In this document: one piece after another, positions 25,964-36,458 of the stretch
Layout of the letters: each line of letters starts with the position of its first letter
Position numbering within the stretch: position 1 is the stretch's first letter
Origin: an uncultured Candidatus Saccharibacteria bacterium
Lineage (GTDB): Bacteria > Patescibacteriota > Minisyncoccia > Phycocordibacterales > UBA918
DNA length: 64,000 nt
Reading direction: 5' to 3'
NCBI GenBank assembly: GCA_964350985.1
Contig: CAYGLK010000001.1
Span: 91,018 to 155,017, forward strand
Notes under the pieces: model-generated
What the model was told of the DNA's origin: nothing
The model's database searches: none
What the model saw: the letters and a program-made list of their open reading frames with translations, nothing else
Program-made: the position numbers and the translations under genes

Positions 25964-27727
25964 ATGTCAGATCCGGTGCAACAAATTAAAGATCGGCTAA
26001 ACATCGTTGATGTTGTTTCAGCTTATGTAGAACTCCATAAGGCAGGCAGACACTTCAAAGGAAAGTCTCCGTTTACCAGCGAGAAGACTCCTTCTTTTTA
26101 TGTTTCTCCAGATCGTGGAATGTACTACTGTTTTTCTACTAGCCAAGGCGGAGACATGTTCACTTTTGTGGAAGCGATGGAGGGAGTTGATTTTAAAGGC
26201 GCTTTAAAAATATTGGCAGAGAAAGCTAATGTTGAGTTAGTACCAGTGTCGCCGCAAAAGAAAAGTGAACGCGATCGTCTGTATGTTGTTATGGAAGAGG
26301 CAACCAACTTTTATGTTACGCGACTTCAGAATGCTAAAGCAGCCAAAAAGTATTTGGAAGAAAGAGGTGTTAATGAAGCTAGTCTAGAGTCTTGGCGGAT
26401 TGGTTTTGCTCCTGGTCCGCCTGACGATGGTTGGAGGGAAGTGAAAGACCATCTCTTAATGAAGGGCTATACCGAAGCAGAATTATTTAAAGCCGGTTTA
26501 GTAAAAGAAAGTGGAAAAGGGAAAGATGCCTACGATGTATTTCGTAACCGGATAATGTTTCCACTCTTTGATCAAGGTGGGCGAGTAGTAGGCTTTTCTG
26601 GAAGAACACTTGAGTCAGGTCCTGAAATACCAAAATACGTAAACTCACCCGAAACTGAACTCTATAAAAAATCAGAACTACTCTATGGCTATGACCGAGC
26701 CAGAAAGGGAATTAGAAACCTCAACTTTTCACTGATTGTAGAGGGGCAGTTTGATGTCGTTATGAGCCATCAGTCGGGCTACACAAACACAGTAGCTGTT
26801 TCTGGGACTGCTTTAACGCCACTTCACGTGCAATTACTTGAACGACTATCTACAAAGGTTGTTTTGGCCCTGGATTCAGACAAGGCTGGTGTGGCTGCCG
26901 TAAAGAGAGCGGCTGACCTAATGCTTAGACGTGGTTTGGACGTTAAGGTGGCTGCTTTGCCCAAGGGGCAAGATCCAGCTGATATCGTACTTAAAGACAT
27001 CAAAGAATATAAACAAGCGATTGGAAAATCACTACATGTAATCGAGTTCTTACTTCAACACCTCAAAGAAAGAAACTTAGATGAACGCACCTTTAAGCTT
27101 CAGGCTAGAGAAGAGATTTTGCCGTACATAAATCTTTTACCAAATCATATTGATCAAGATCACTTTGAAGCTAAGCTGGCCGAAGCTTTGAACACTACCA
27201 AAGAGGCGGTTCATTATGAGGTTGAAAGATTGAATGAAAATAAAGAAAGAGCTTCAAATACCAAAGAAGTTACAAATAAACCAGTCGTAAAAAAGCCAGC
27301 AGTTGAACAACTACCACAACAAAGAATGACAGCACTCCTAGCTTACGTTGTCTCCGCTTACACTCTTTTTGATTCAGATATTTCTAGTAAGCTAAAAGCG
27401 TTGATAGAAGCTATTACTAGTAAAACTATAGAGGAGCTAGATAGTACTATAAGCCCAGGAACAAAAGCTGAAGTACTTTTTAGAGCAGAGTCATTTTTAG
27501 ATAAAAACCCTCGTAAAGTTTTTGATGACGAATTTATTCACTCCCTAAACGAATTGCGAGCTCAGACAATTAAAAACGAGATTAACCGAGCCAGGAAGCA
27601 GTTAGAAGAGGCGGAGAGTATGGGTCAAGAGGATAAGATTACAGAAGCAATTCAGTTAGTTTCCTTATTACGGCAAAAATTACAAGAAAACCCTTATACT
27701 GTTGAACTACTTGAAGAAAAGCAGTAA
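25964..27727 (+). CDS. dnaG: DNA primase with degenerate zinc-ribbon
   Basis: N-terminal zinc-binding-domain-like [13 protein letters not shown]...[22 protein letters not shown] motif [16 protein letters not shown]. Classic dnaG-rpoD operon arrangement. Confidence 0.85.
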   Translation: MSDPVQQIKDRLNIVDVVSAYVELHKAGRHFKGKSPFTSEKTPSFYVSPDRGMYYCFSTSQGGDMFTFVEAMEGVDFKGALKILAEKANVELVPVSPQKKSERDRLYVVMEEATNFYVTRLQNAKAAKKYLEERGVNEASLESWRIGFAPGPPDDGWREVKDHLLMKGYTEAELFKAGLVKESGKGKDAYDVFRNRIMFPLFDQGGRVVGFSGRTLESGPEIPKYVNSPETELYKKSELLYGYDRARKGIRNLNFSLIVEGQFDVVMSHQSGYTNTVAVSGTALTPLHVQLLERLSTKVVLALDSDKAGVAAVKRAADLMLRRGLDVKVAALPKGQDPADIVLKDIKEYKQAIGKSLHVIEFLLQHLKERNLDERTFKLQAREEILPYINLLPNHIDQDHFEAKLAEALNTTKEAVHYEVERLNENKERASNTKEVTNKPVVKKPAVEQLPQQRMTALLAYVVSAYTLFDSDISSKLKALIEAITSKTIEELDSTISPGTKAEVLFRAESFLDKNPRKVFDDEFIHSLNELRAQTIKNEINRARKQLEEAESMGQEDKITEAIQLVSLLRQKLQENPYTVELLEEKQ

Positions 27728-27762
27728 CAGTACTGGACAATTTCCATTTTTTCTGTATAGTA

Positions 27763-29136
27763 GTGGACACTATGGCTACCAAAAAGGCCACAACAAAAAA
27801 AGTTAAAAAAGCGGCCAAAACCGTTACAAAAAAAATCAAAAAGGCTCCGGCCTCAAAAACAAAAGCAAAGAAGGTTGTAAAGAAGGCAGCTACGAAGAAG
27901 ACAAAAAAAGTAGTTAAAAAAGCGGCTAAAGCCGCTGTTAAAAGTGTCAAAAAAGTAACTACAAAGAAACTAGTCTCAAAAGCAAAGAAGGTTGTAAAGA
28001 AGGTTGTAGCTCCAAAAGCTAAAAAACCAGCTAAACCAGTCAAGAAAGTGCCGCTAACCAAGAGTGAGAAGATTCTTGAAATGAAAGCAGCTGAGTTAAT
28101 GCGCTCTGGTCGTGACCGAGGTTATGTTACTTATGACGAACTACTGAGAGCTTTTCCAGAAATCGAAAAAGACATCGCTTTTCTTGATGTGCTCTATGAT
28201 CGGTTTTCAATCGCTGGGGTTGATGTGCTACAAAGCGGTGGAATGTTGGGTGAGGATACCAGTGCTGAGATTATTGCTCAGAAAAATGCTTTTAAGCGAA
28301 GCGATAGTAGTTACGACTCTATTCAAATGTATCTGCGAGAGATCGGACAATATCCACTTTTGAATGCTCAAGAAGAACGAACATTAGCAAAAAGAATTGT
28401 TGATGGAGATGATGAGGCTAGAAACTTACTGGCGCGGGCAAACCTACGTTTGGTAGTTTCAATTGCTAAGAAGTATGTTGGACGTTCTCCTGACCTAACT
28501 TTACTTGATCTTATTCAGGAAGGAAACCTTGGTTTGTTTAAGGCGGTAGATAAGTTTGACTTCACTAAAGGTTTTAAGTTTTCTACTTATGCTACTTGGT
28601 GGATCAGACAAGCGATTACTCGAGCATTAGCAGACCAGTCTAGAACTATTCGTATCCCGGTTCATATGGTTGAGACTATGGCTAAGTATAAGCAGGTCTC
28701 AAGGAGATTATCTCAAGACTTGGGTCGTGACCCGATGCCTGAGGAGATCGCTACTGAAATGGGTGTTGAAGTAGAGAAGGTTTACCAGATTGAAAAAATC
28801 AGTCAGGATACTATTTCACTTGAACTGCCAGTAGGTGACGACGACGACCGCTCAAGACTTTCAGACTTTATTTCTGACGATAAAATCGTATCTCCAGACC
28901 AAGAAGTGGCTCACAGTATTTTGACAGACCAAATTACTGAGATTCTAGATACTTTATCTGAAAAAGAAAGAAAGATTTTGGAAATGCGTCATGGATTACT
29001 AGATGGTACTTACCATACACTTGAAGAGGTAGGAAAAGAGTTTGGTGTCACTCGTGAACGTATTAGACAAATTGAAGCTAAAGCATTAGAGAAGATCAGA
29101 CAACACGAAAAAGCACGAAGACTTAAGTCTTACTAA
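27763..29136 (+). CDS. rpoD: RNA polymerase sigma-70 factor with histone H1-like Lys/Ala-rich N-terminal domain
   Basis: Regions 2-4: [73 protein letters not shown]. The first ~100 aa are KKA/KKV repeats. Confidence 0.9.
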   Translation: MDTMATKKATTKKVKKAAKTVTKKIKKAPASKTKAKKVVKKAATKKTKKVVKKAAKAAVKSVKKVTTKKLVSKAKKVVKKVVAPKAKKPAKPVKKVPLTKSEKILEMKAAELMRSGRDRGYVTYDELLRAFPEIEKDIAFLDVLYDRFSIAGVDVLQSGGMLGEDTSAEIIAQKNAFKRSDSSYDSIQMYLREIGQYPLLNAQEERTLAKRIVDGDDEARNLLARANLRLVVSIAKKYVGRSPDLTLLDLIQEGNLGLFKAVDKFDFTKGFKFSTYATWWIRQAITRALADQSRTIRIPVHMVETMAKYKQVSRRLSQDLGRDPMPEEIATEMGVEVEKVYQIEKISQDTISLELPVGDDDDRSRLSDFISDDKIVSPDQEVAHSILTDQITEILDTLSEKERKILEMRHGLLDGTYHTLEEVGKEFGVTRERIRQIEAKALEKIRQHEKARRLKSY

Positions 29137-29146
29137 ACTAAATAAA

Positions 29147-29183
29147 AACAGCGCGGCCTACGGCCGCGCTGTTTTTATTTGAG
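29147..29183. terminator. bidirectional terminator
   Basis: AAAAACAGCGCGGCCTACGGCCGCGCTGTTTTTATTT. Confidence 0.7.
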
Positions 29184-29186
29184 TTA

Positions 29187-30542
29187 CTAACTACTGTGAG
29201 GAATGACAATCTCTTCTAGTTCATTGTAGTGACTAGTTCCAGAGTGCTTATTGAACCATGGTTCAAAGGCTACTAGGGCAATAGTGGCAATAGTGAGGCC
29301 AACAACCATCGTCGGTACTCCAAGCTTCATCCAACTTATGAAGCTGATTGGGTTGTCAGTTTTCTCTGATTTAGCTACTACAATCACCCCAACAGTAGAA
29401 CCGATTGGCGAACCATTTCCTCCGAAACCAACTCCAAACACTAGCGCCCACCATAGCAGGTCAATTGGTACTCCTTGAGTCCCAAGGTAACCAATGATTG
29501 GAATCATAGCAACTGTGAATGGAATATTATCAATCATGGCTGACAAGACAGCACTAGTCCAAAGTAAGATAATAGCTGTTAGGAGTAGATTACTTTCAGC
29601 TCCAGAGATTAGGAGACCAGCCGCTTCTTTAAGTACACCAGAAAATTCTAGACCACCAACAATCACAAACAAAGATCCAAAGAAAAGTAGAACTGAGAGC
29701 TCACACTTCTCAATAATATGTTGCGGGTCATTATGAGGAGCAACTATGATTAGGGCCAAAGCGGCACCAATTAAAGCAACCATTGAAGCTTCTAAGTGGA
29801 TCAGTGAGTGCGTAAAGAACATGGCTACAACTAAAACCATAATCCAAAGTAATCGCTTCAAAGTCTTTGGATCCTTAATTGCATCTTTTTCGTTCATCAA
29901 CATTAGTTTGTCGATATTTTGCGGCTGGGCTTTTAGATCTTTTCGGAAAATAAGTCTAAATACACCCAAAGTTACAACCCAGGTTACTAAGACAACTGGT
30001 AGTGAGTGAAGTAAGAAATCATTAAAGGTTAGTCCAGCAAAAGAACCAATCATGATGTTTGGAGGGTCTCCAATTAGAGTTGCAGTACCACCAATGTTTG
30101 AGAGTAGGGCCTCAGCCATCAAGATTGGAATTGGGTTGATCTTGAGCATGTCAGCAATAATGATCGTAATTGGTACAATCAAAATGATAGTGGTTACGTT
30201 ATCAAGAATCATCGACAAGAAAGCTGTAATACCAGAAAGAGCTACCATCAAGAGCCAAGGATTACCCTTAGTCTTTTTAGCGGTCCAGATACCTAGATAC
30301 TGGAAAACACCAGTTTTCTCGAGCATCCCGACAATGATCATCATTCCAAAAAGAAGACCAAGGGTATTGAAGTCAACAGACTCAAGGGCTTTTTCAGGAC
30401 TGTAAAAGTCAAAATAAATACCAGCGACAACCATTGTTAAAGCTCCAAAAAGAGCAATAACTGTCCGGTGAATCTTTTCAGTTAAAATGAAGAAGAAAGT
30501 GACCCCAAAAATAAGCAGCGAAATAATTTCAATTGTTTCCAT
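29187..30542 (-). CDS. ArsB/NhaD-superfamily anion permease (citrate-transporter-like)
   Basis: 451 aa, ~12 TM segments, internal duplicated halves. LIGDPPNIMIG-type motif. Confidence 0.7.
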   Translation of the reverse strand: METIEIISLLIFGVTFFFILTEKIHRTVIALFGALTMVVAGIYFDFYSPEKALESVDFNTLGLLFGMMIIVGMLEKTGVFQYLGIWTAKKTKGNPWLLMVALSGITAFLSMILDNVTTIILIVPITIIIADMLKINPIPILMAEALLSNIGGTATLIGDPPNIMIGSFAGLTFNDFLLHSLPVVLVTWVVTLGVFRLIFRKDLKAQPQNIDKLMLMNEKDAIKDPKTLKRLLWIMVLVVAMFFTHSLIHLEASMVALIGAALALIIVAPHNDPQHIIEKCELSVLLFFGSLFVIVGGLEFSGVLKEAAGLLISGAESNLLLTAIILLWTSAVLSAMIDNIPFTVAMIPIIGYLGTQGVPIDLLWWALVFGVGFGGNGSPIGSTVGVIVVAKSEKTDNPISFISWMKLGVPTMVVGLTIATIALVAFEPWFNKHSGTSHYNELEEIVIPHSS

Positions 30543-30620
30543 ATAAATTTAATAATCAGATAATTTAAAATAAAAAATAATAGGCGCTTTATTTTAAAGG
30601 CGCCTTTATTTTGTTTAGGT

Positions 30621-31079
30621 TTACTCGTTGTCTGCGATGTTTAGTACGTTGGCAATAATGTGTTTTAGTCCCCGTCTTGAGATCATTCCAACCGGACGAC
30701 CGTCTTCGTCAATAACAGGAATATGAGTACGGTGATTAGCAATTGCTATTGAGGCAACTGACATTAGACTTGAAGTAGTCTCAACTGGCGTTAGGGCTGT
30801 AGACATAAATTTCTTTACTGGAGTGTCTTTTGCATCAGTAACAGCCTCAGTAAACATCTCGTCACCAGCAAAGTGCGCAGCAATACTATCTCCGTCAAGG
30901 TATTCTGGAACAATAGCATCCAGTATATCTGACATATTAATTTCACCTACTAATACACCACCTCCGTCAACTACTAATAATGAATTCGTCTTTTCTTGAA
31001 CCATTAAACGAACTGTCTCTTCAAAAGTAGCTTCCTGACTAATGGTGACGGCTGTTTTGGTAATATCTTGAATTTCCAT
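30621..31079 (-). CDS. CBS-domain pair protein
   Basis: Two CBS repeats (LLVVDGGGVLVGEINMSDIL and IPVIDEDGRPVGMISRRGL). Confidence 0.7.
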   Translation of the reverse strand: MEIQDITKTAVTISQEATFEETVRLMVQEKTNSLLVVDGGGVLVGEINMSDILDAIVPEYLDGDSIAAHFAGDEMFTEAVTDAKDTPVKKFMSTALTPVETTSSLMSVASIAIANHRTHIPVIDEDGRPVGMISRRGLKHIIANVLNIADNE

Positions 31080-31223
31080 TGCTCGCTATCATACACCTAT
31101 GATTTTAAAATGTATAGACCTTTGGAGTGATAAAGGTGCATAGTAAAATACTCAATAAAATATCTGGTTGGACTAGGACCATTCGCTCTAGCTAGGGTGC
31201 TATAATGCCTACAAGACGAACTT

Positions 31224-34220
31224 ATGACTGATTCTACTAATTTTAAAGCTGCCTTAGCAACACTAAATAAAGCCCAAAAAGAGGCTGTTTTGACTATAGA
31301 AGGGCCGGTCATGGTGATTGCTGGTCCTGGTACTGGAAAGACTCAGATTTTGACTCTCAGAATCGCTAACATCCTCATGGAAACAGATACTGCCCCTGGT
31401 AGTATCTTGGCCCTGACTTTTACAGAGTCTGGTGCCAAGGCTATGCGTGAGCGACTACGTCAGTATATAGGCGCTACTGCTTACCAGGTACCTATTTTTA
31501 CTTTTCATGGTTTTGCGCAAAAGTTGATTTCAGATTATCCAGATGCTTATGAAAGAGTTGTTGGTGGTCGACCAATCAATGACTTAGAAAAAATCACCAA
31601 TATAGAAAATATTATTAATGGTGGGGAAGTAAAGCTCCTTAGACCTTTTGGTAATCCAACTTATTATGTAACTCATATCCTAAGAATTATTGGGCAGTTA
31701 AAACAAGAATACGTAACCCCAGACAACTTCCTAAAGATTATTGAAAGACAAGATCAAGAGCTTTTGGGAATCGAAAAAATTCACCAAAAAGGAGCTCATA
31801 AGGGAAAGGTGAGAGGAGAGTATACTAATAAAGAAAAAAGTATAGCCAAAAATAGAGAGCTGCTTTTTATCTACCGCCAGTATGAGGCTTTACTCGGTGA
31901 GCAAAATTTTTATGATTTTGAAGACATGATTGTTGAGACTATTAATGCTCTTTCAAATAATGAAGGGATGTTAAGGGATCTACAGGAAAATTATCAATAC
32001 ATCTTAGCTGACGAACATCAGGACGTTAATGGTTCTCAAAATAAAATTTTAGAATTATTGTCTTCTTTCCATGAGTCACCAAACATTTTTGTGGTAGGTG
32101 ATGAGAAGCAGGCTATCTATCGCTTTCAAGGAGCGTCTCTAGAAAACTTTTTATATTTTACCGAGCACTATCCAAACACAAAAGTTATTAGTCTTGAAGA
32201 AAATTATCGATCTGGACAACCTATTCTTGATGCAGCACATAGCTTGATGAGAGTTGAGTCAGGACCACTAAAAGAATTACGACTAGAACTCAAGGCTTCA
32301 CTGGTCCCTAAGGCAGAATTAACTAGACACTCTTTTTCTCACCAGGCAGTGGAAGACTTGTGGCTAACTAATGAAGTCAAGAAAAAAATAGACACAGGAG
32401 TATCAGCTAGCGAGATAGCTGTTATTGTTAGAACCAATCGTGAGGTTGAACAGGTAACTACTCTTTTACGTAAGCAAGGCATTGCGGTAATGGCTTCAGC
32501 TGATGGTGATATCTTACAACATCCAATTACTCACGCCGTACAGACTCTGATCCGGGCTGTTGTTACCACTCAAGATCAAACAGCACTCTTTACCGTTTTA
32601 CATGGTGCTTACTGGGGTATTAGTGCTGACGATCTATTTAAAGTTTTGTCAGCTCAGTCTTATGACCATAACCTGTGGCAAATTATTTCTGATCAAAAAT
32701 ATTTGTTGGAGATTGGTGTAGTAGATACTTCTGTGTTTGAAAATATTGTTAGGGTGATCACAGAGGCGAGACAACTAGAAGTTCATGAAGCTCCACATCG
32801 GGTATTAGAATATCTCTTACAAGAGAGTGGATTAATAAAACACCTAGTGAAGTACGATTCGTTTGAAGGTACCAGGGTTGTTCGTAGACTTTATGACGAG
32901 ATTGAATCTTTGGTCTCACGAGAAGGGATAAATACCCTGAAAGCAATCGCTACAGCTTTTGAGTTACGTATCTCATATAATTTACCTCTAAATGCTCCTT
33001 ATATTGTCACTAGTAGTGAATCAGTTCAGGTAATGACAGCCCATAAATCAAAAGGACTCGAATTTGAAGTGGTATTTGTTCCGCATCTAAACGACAATAG
33101 TTGGGGTGGTTCAGGTAAAAAGAAATACTTTGATATTCCTCTAACTAGGCGGCAGATTGAAGAGGAGGATGATTTTATTGAAGACGAGAGAAGATTGTTT
33201 TATGTGGCTATTACTAGAGCAAAAAGTACACTATTTCTCTCTTCTTCAAAAATGAATATTGAAGGCCGTGAATTAACTGAAGCAAGACTCGTTTCTGATA
33301 TTGAACCAGATTTGATTAAAGAAGTTTCCACCAAAGAAATCGAAGATAATTTTGACCCTCTGGCAAATTTAGCCAGAATGGAATCTATGAGTAAGGTAGA
33401 TAACCAACTCTTACTTAAAATTTTAACTGATCGTGGCTTCTCTGCTACTTCATTGAATAATTACTTACGTAGCCCGTGGGATTATTTTTACCGAAATATT
33501 TTACGCATACCTGAAACCCAAGCACCACATATGCAGTTTGGTACTGCTATTCACAACACTTTGGAATATATGACCAAATTCCGAACCCAAAATGGAAAAT
33601 TACCAAAAATATCCGTCTACAAGAAAAAATTAGAACAAGAACTTAGTCGACTACCTCTTAATATCGAAGAATTTTCACGTTTACTAAAAAAAGGCCTAGA
33701 GTCACTAGTGGTCTACACTGAGCATCTAGAAGCTACTTTATCTAAAAGTGCAAAAGAAGAAATGAAAATAAGAGTAGTGCTGGAGACTGGTATTACTGAA
33801 CTACCTGAATTAGTACTTACAGGTAAATTAGATAGGATTGATCTTGATGACAATGGTCAGGCTATAAGAGTGGTTGATTATAAAACAGGGAAGCCAAAGT
33901 CGAGGAATTTCATTGAAGGTAATACTAAAGATGCTGATGGTGGTTACAAAAGACAGTTGGTTTTTTATGCTCTACTTTTATCACTTCATGATGATGAAAG
34001 GTATGTTTGTAGTGAAGGGACGTTGTCTTTTGTAGAGCCTGACGCAAAGGGTCAGATCAAAGAAGAGAGTTTTGCTATTACACAGCGAGAGATAGAGGCA
34101 CTTAAAACAGAGATAATTTCATCAGTGAAAGAAATTATTACCGGGGAATTTCTAAAGTCAGACTGCGATCCTAAAACTTCTGATTATTGTGACTTGGTAG
34201 AGCAATTTAAAAATAAATAG
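31224..34220 (+). CDS. UvrD/AddA-like SF1 helicase fused to C-terminal RecB-family PD-(D/E)xK nuclease
   Basis: Walker A AGPGTGKTQ and motif II LADEHQDVN. C-terminal nuclease motifs GKLDRIDLDDNG...VVDYKTGKP plus three C-terminal Cys (CSEG, DCDP, DYCDL). Confidence 0.8.
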   Translation: MTDSTNFKAALATLNKAQKEAVLTIEGPVMVIAGPGTGKTQILTLRIANILMETDTAPGSILALTFTESGAKAMRERLRQYIGATAYQVPIFTFHGFAQKLISDYPDAYERVVGGRPINDLEKITNIENIINGGEVKLLRPFGNPTYYVTHILRIIGQLKQEYVTPDNFLKIIERQDQELLGIEKIHQKGAHKGKVRGEYTNKEKSIAKNRELLFIYRQYEALLGEQNFYDFEDMIVETINALSNNEGMLRDLQENYQYILADEHQDVNGSQNKILELLSSFHESPNIFVVGDEKQAIYRFQGASLENFLYFTEHYPNTKVISLEENYRSGQPILDAAHSLMRVESGPLKELRLELKASLVPKAELTRHSFSHQAVEDLWLTNEVKKKIDTGVSASEIAVIVRTNREVEQVTTLLRKQGIAVMASADGDILQHPITHAVQTLIRAVVTTQDQTALFTVLHGAYWGISADDLFKVLSAQSYDHNLWQIISDQKYLLEIGVVDTSVFENIVRVITEARQLEVHEAPHRVLEYLLQESGLIKHLVKYDSFEGTRVVRRLYDEIESLVSREGINTLKAIATAFELRISYNLPLNAPYIVTSSESVQVMTAHKSKGLEFEVVFVPHLNDNSWGGSGKKKYFDIPLTRRQIEEEDDFIEDERRLFYVAITRAKSTLFLSSSKMNIEGRELTEARLVSDIEPDLIKEVSTKEIEDNFDPLANLARMESMSKVDNQLLLKILTDRGFSATSLNNYLRSPWDYFYRNILRIPETQAPHMQFGTAIHNTLEYMTKFRTQNGKLPKISVYKKKLEQELSRLPLNIEEFSRLLKKGLESLVVYTEHLEATLSKSAKEEMKIRVVLETGITELPELVLTGKLDRIDLDDNGQAIRVVDYKTGKPKSRNFIEGNTKDADGGYKRQLVFYALLLSLHDDERYVCSEGTLSFVEPDAKGQIKEESFAITQREIEALKTEIISSVKEIITGEFLKSDCDPKTSDYCDLVEQFKNK

Positions 34221-34221
34221 A

Positions 34222-34258
34222 AAAAGACTCGGATCACTAGTGATCCGAGTCTTTTTCT
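34222..34258. terminator. bidirectional terminator
   Basis: GACTCGGATCACTAGTGATCCGAGTC flanked by A/T runs. Confidence 0.65.
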
Positions 34259-34266
34259 TTTAGTAA

Positions 34267-34998
34267 TTATTCTGTTTCTCTACCTTCAAGTTGACCAATC
34301 AAGTTATCAACAATTTGTTTGACTACAGCATATGGTTGTGCACCTTCAATTGGAGCCTGTTGGTTACCGATTAAGACAAAAGAATGTGGTGTTCCTTGGA
34401 TTCCTGCTGCTACGGCTTCGTTGTAACTAGCTGTTACCCTGTCTTTCATTTGACCACTGTTTAGACAAGCGTTAAATTCAGCCTCATTCGCTCCCGCACT
34501 AACAGCATATTCAGGCAGTCTAGTAATATTTGTTGGTTCGTTTATATCTCTTTCATTGAAAACTAGGTCACTAAAAGCCCAGAAAGCGTCGTTGCCAGCA
34601 ATTTCACCTACACAAAGAGCTGCTTCTGAGATACGAGGGGCATTTGGGTGTAGTTGTGCGATTGGGAATTGACGGTAAACCCAGGCAACTTTTCCACTTA
34701 CTCCGTATTCGTCCATAACTTGATTCATCGTGTCATGGTAACGCTTACAGAAAGGGCAGTCATAGTCAGAGTATTCAACAATTAAAATTGGGGCATTTGG
34801 ATTTCCTCTAATAAAGTCAGTTTCATCAACTGGTCTGATTTCCGCCTTCTCTACAACTTGTGGTTGGGCATTGTCTGCTGTTACATTGAGAGCTGGAGCC
34901 TTATTTCCAGTAAAATAAATCGCAGCAGCGATTAGTGCAAAACCTAATATAATTGATATTGGTATTGCCAAAGATGATTTTGAAGATTGTGGTTCCAT
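34267..34998 (-). CDS. membrane-anchored DsbA-like thiol:disulfide oxidoreductase
   Basis: N-terminal TM anchor. Thioredoxin-fold active site YSDYDCPFCKRYH. Confidence 0.75.
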   Translation of the reverse strand: MEPQSSKSSLAIPISIILGFALIAAAIYFTGNKAPALNVTADNAQPQVVEKAEIRPVDETDFIRGNPNAPILIVEYSDYDCPFCKRYHDTMNQVMDEYGVSGKVAWVYRQFPIAQLHPNAPRISEAALCVGEIAGNDAFWAFSDLVFNERDINEPTNITRLPEYAVSAGANEAEFNACLNSGQMKDRVTASYNEAVAAGIQGTPHSFVLIGNQQAPIEGAQPYAVVKQIVDNLIGQLEGRETE

Positions 34999-35063
34999 AA
35001 TATGATTTATTGTTATGTAGACATTATATCATGTTGTTTAAATGAGGTGGTATAATATTATCC

Positions 35064-35873
35064 ATGGATATTACTGGAGCACTTATTTTAGGTTTAGTAC
35101 AAGGAATAGCTGAATTTTTACCAATTTCTTCTAGCGGGCACTTGGTAATTGTCCGTGATTTTTTGACTCTAGACACTACCAATGCGCTGGCTTTTGACGC
35201 TTTGTTACATCTTTCGACAACAGCGGCAGTTACTATTTATTTCTGGTCAGATATCTGGGCTATGATTCAGACTGCTATTAGAAAGCTTGGGCGACTTCCG
35301 GTAAATGAAAAAGATTTAGTACTTCTCTACGCCTTATTTTTTGGAACAATTCCAGCAGTCATTTTTGGTCTACTCCTAGAGCCATTGATGGAAAAATATT
35401 TATACTCACCATTAATAGTCGCTGGTATCCTGGCGGTGGCAGCACTTTTCTTTATGTATGCTGAGTGGAGATACTACGTTAACCCACCACGAGGTGTGCT
35501 TACTGTCCGTCGGGGTGTATTAGTCGGCTTCTTTCAGGTAATCGCTCTCTTACCTGGTTTCTCTCGCTCAGGAGCTACTTTAGCAGGAGGAATGCTCCTT
35601 GGACTAACTCGTTTAGAGGCAGCTAGGTTTTCATTCTTGCTGGCGATTCCTATAACGGCTGGGTTGGGTATAAAAAAGCTACTTGAGTTAATAGTAACTG
35701 GAGGATCAGTATCCTGGGTCTTAATATTGGTTGGTACAACGGTAAGTTTTGTTAGTGCCCTGATTGTTATCCATTTCTTCTTAGCTTTTATAAGAAAGTA
35801 CACTCTGTGGCCTTTTATCTGGTATACCTTAGTCTTGGCAGCTGTTGTTGCTTACGTAGCGCTTTACGTATAG
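35064..35873 (+). CDS. uppP: undecaprenyl-diphosphate phosphatase
   Basis: GLVQGIAEFLPISSSGHL signature and PGFSRSGAT motif. Confidence 0.85.
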   Translation: MDITGALILGLVQGIAEFLPISSSGHLVIVRDFLTLDTTNALAFDALLHLSTTAAVTIYFWSDIWAMIQTAIRKLGRLPVNEKDLVLLYALFFGTIPAVIFGLLLEPLMEKYLYSPLIVAGILAVAALFFMYAEWRYYVNPPRGVLTVRRGVLVGFFQVIALLPGFSRSGATLAGGMLLGLTRLEAARFSFLLAIPITAGLGIKKLLELIVTGGSVSWVLILVGTTVSFVSALIVIHFFLAFIRKYTLWPFIWYTLVLAAVVAYVALYV

Positions 35874-35880
35874 TAAAGAC

Positions 35881-36456
35881 TTAAAAAAGAAGAGAGTGAG
35901 TCATCGATGATTCTTCTTTTACAATCCAATCAGAAGTATCAAGGGGAATTTCTTTTTTTCTAAAACCATCCTTAAATTTTAAATGACCATTCTTAAGAGC
36001 ATAATCAAAGATTTTTTTGGTCACTTTTACATCCTGTTCACAATATTTTTTTATTTCATCTATTTTACCTTCACGCCACCAACGTATCGCTTGGAGTCCG
36101 TTTGCGGTTTTCTTGGCGCCAACAGTGGCTTCTGCCACGCTATCTAGCCTTAACCTTCGTCCTAAAGACTTTTTAATTTCTGCCATTAAGTCAATACTTT
36201 TAATTGCAGTTAGGTCTCCTGGGTAATACTTGTTTAGTAAAGGAATATCAAAGTGATCGGTGTTATAACCAACCAAAGCATCAGCTTTTTCTAAAAGTGG
36301 CCATACAGTTTGAAGTTCACTAACTTCAACTGTTGTGTATTTGTCTGTTTCACTATCATAAAATGTACCGACAGAAATATCTAAAGCAGCCGGATTATTG
36401 CCGACGTCCTGAAGAAGGTTTTGAGTTTCAAGGTCAAAAATAACGTAACGCATCAA
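35881..36456 (-). CDS. DEDDy-type 3'-5' exonuclease
   Basis: Exo I VIFDLETQ, Exo II YNTDHFDIPLL, Exo III KYCEQDVKVT. Confidence 0.6.
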   Translation of the reverse strand: MMRYVIFDLETQNLLQDVGNNPAALDISVGTFYDSETDKYTTVEVSELQTVWPLLEKADALVGYNTDHFDIPLLNKYYPGDLTAIKSIDLMAEIKKSLGRRLRLDSVAEATVGAKKTANGLQAIRWWREGKIDEIKKYCEQDVKVTKKIFDYALKNGHLKFKDGFRKKEIPLDTSDWIVKEESSMTHSLLF

Positions 36457-36458
36457 AC

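Noticed and set aside
27763-28080. Highly repetitive AAAAAAG/GCTAAAAAA-type nucleotide repeats
   Set aside because: They are in frame, encoding the KKA/KKV-rich N-terminus of rpoD. There are no spacer/repeat alternations, so this is not CRISPR or a non-coding tandem repeat. The antisense ORF 27639-28061 is spurious.
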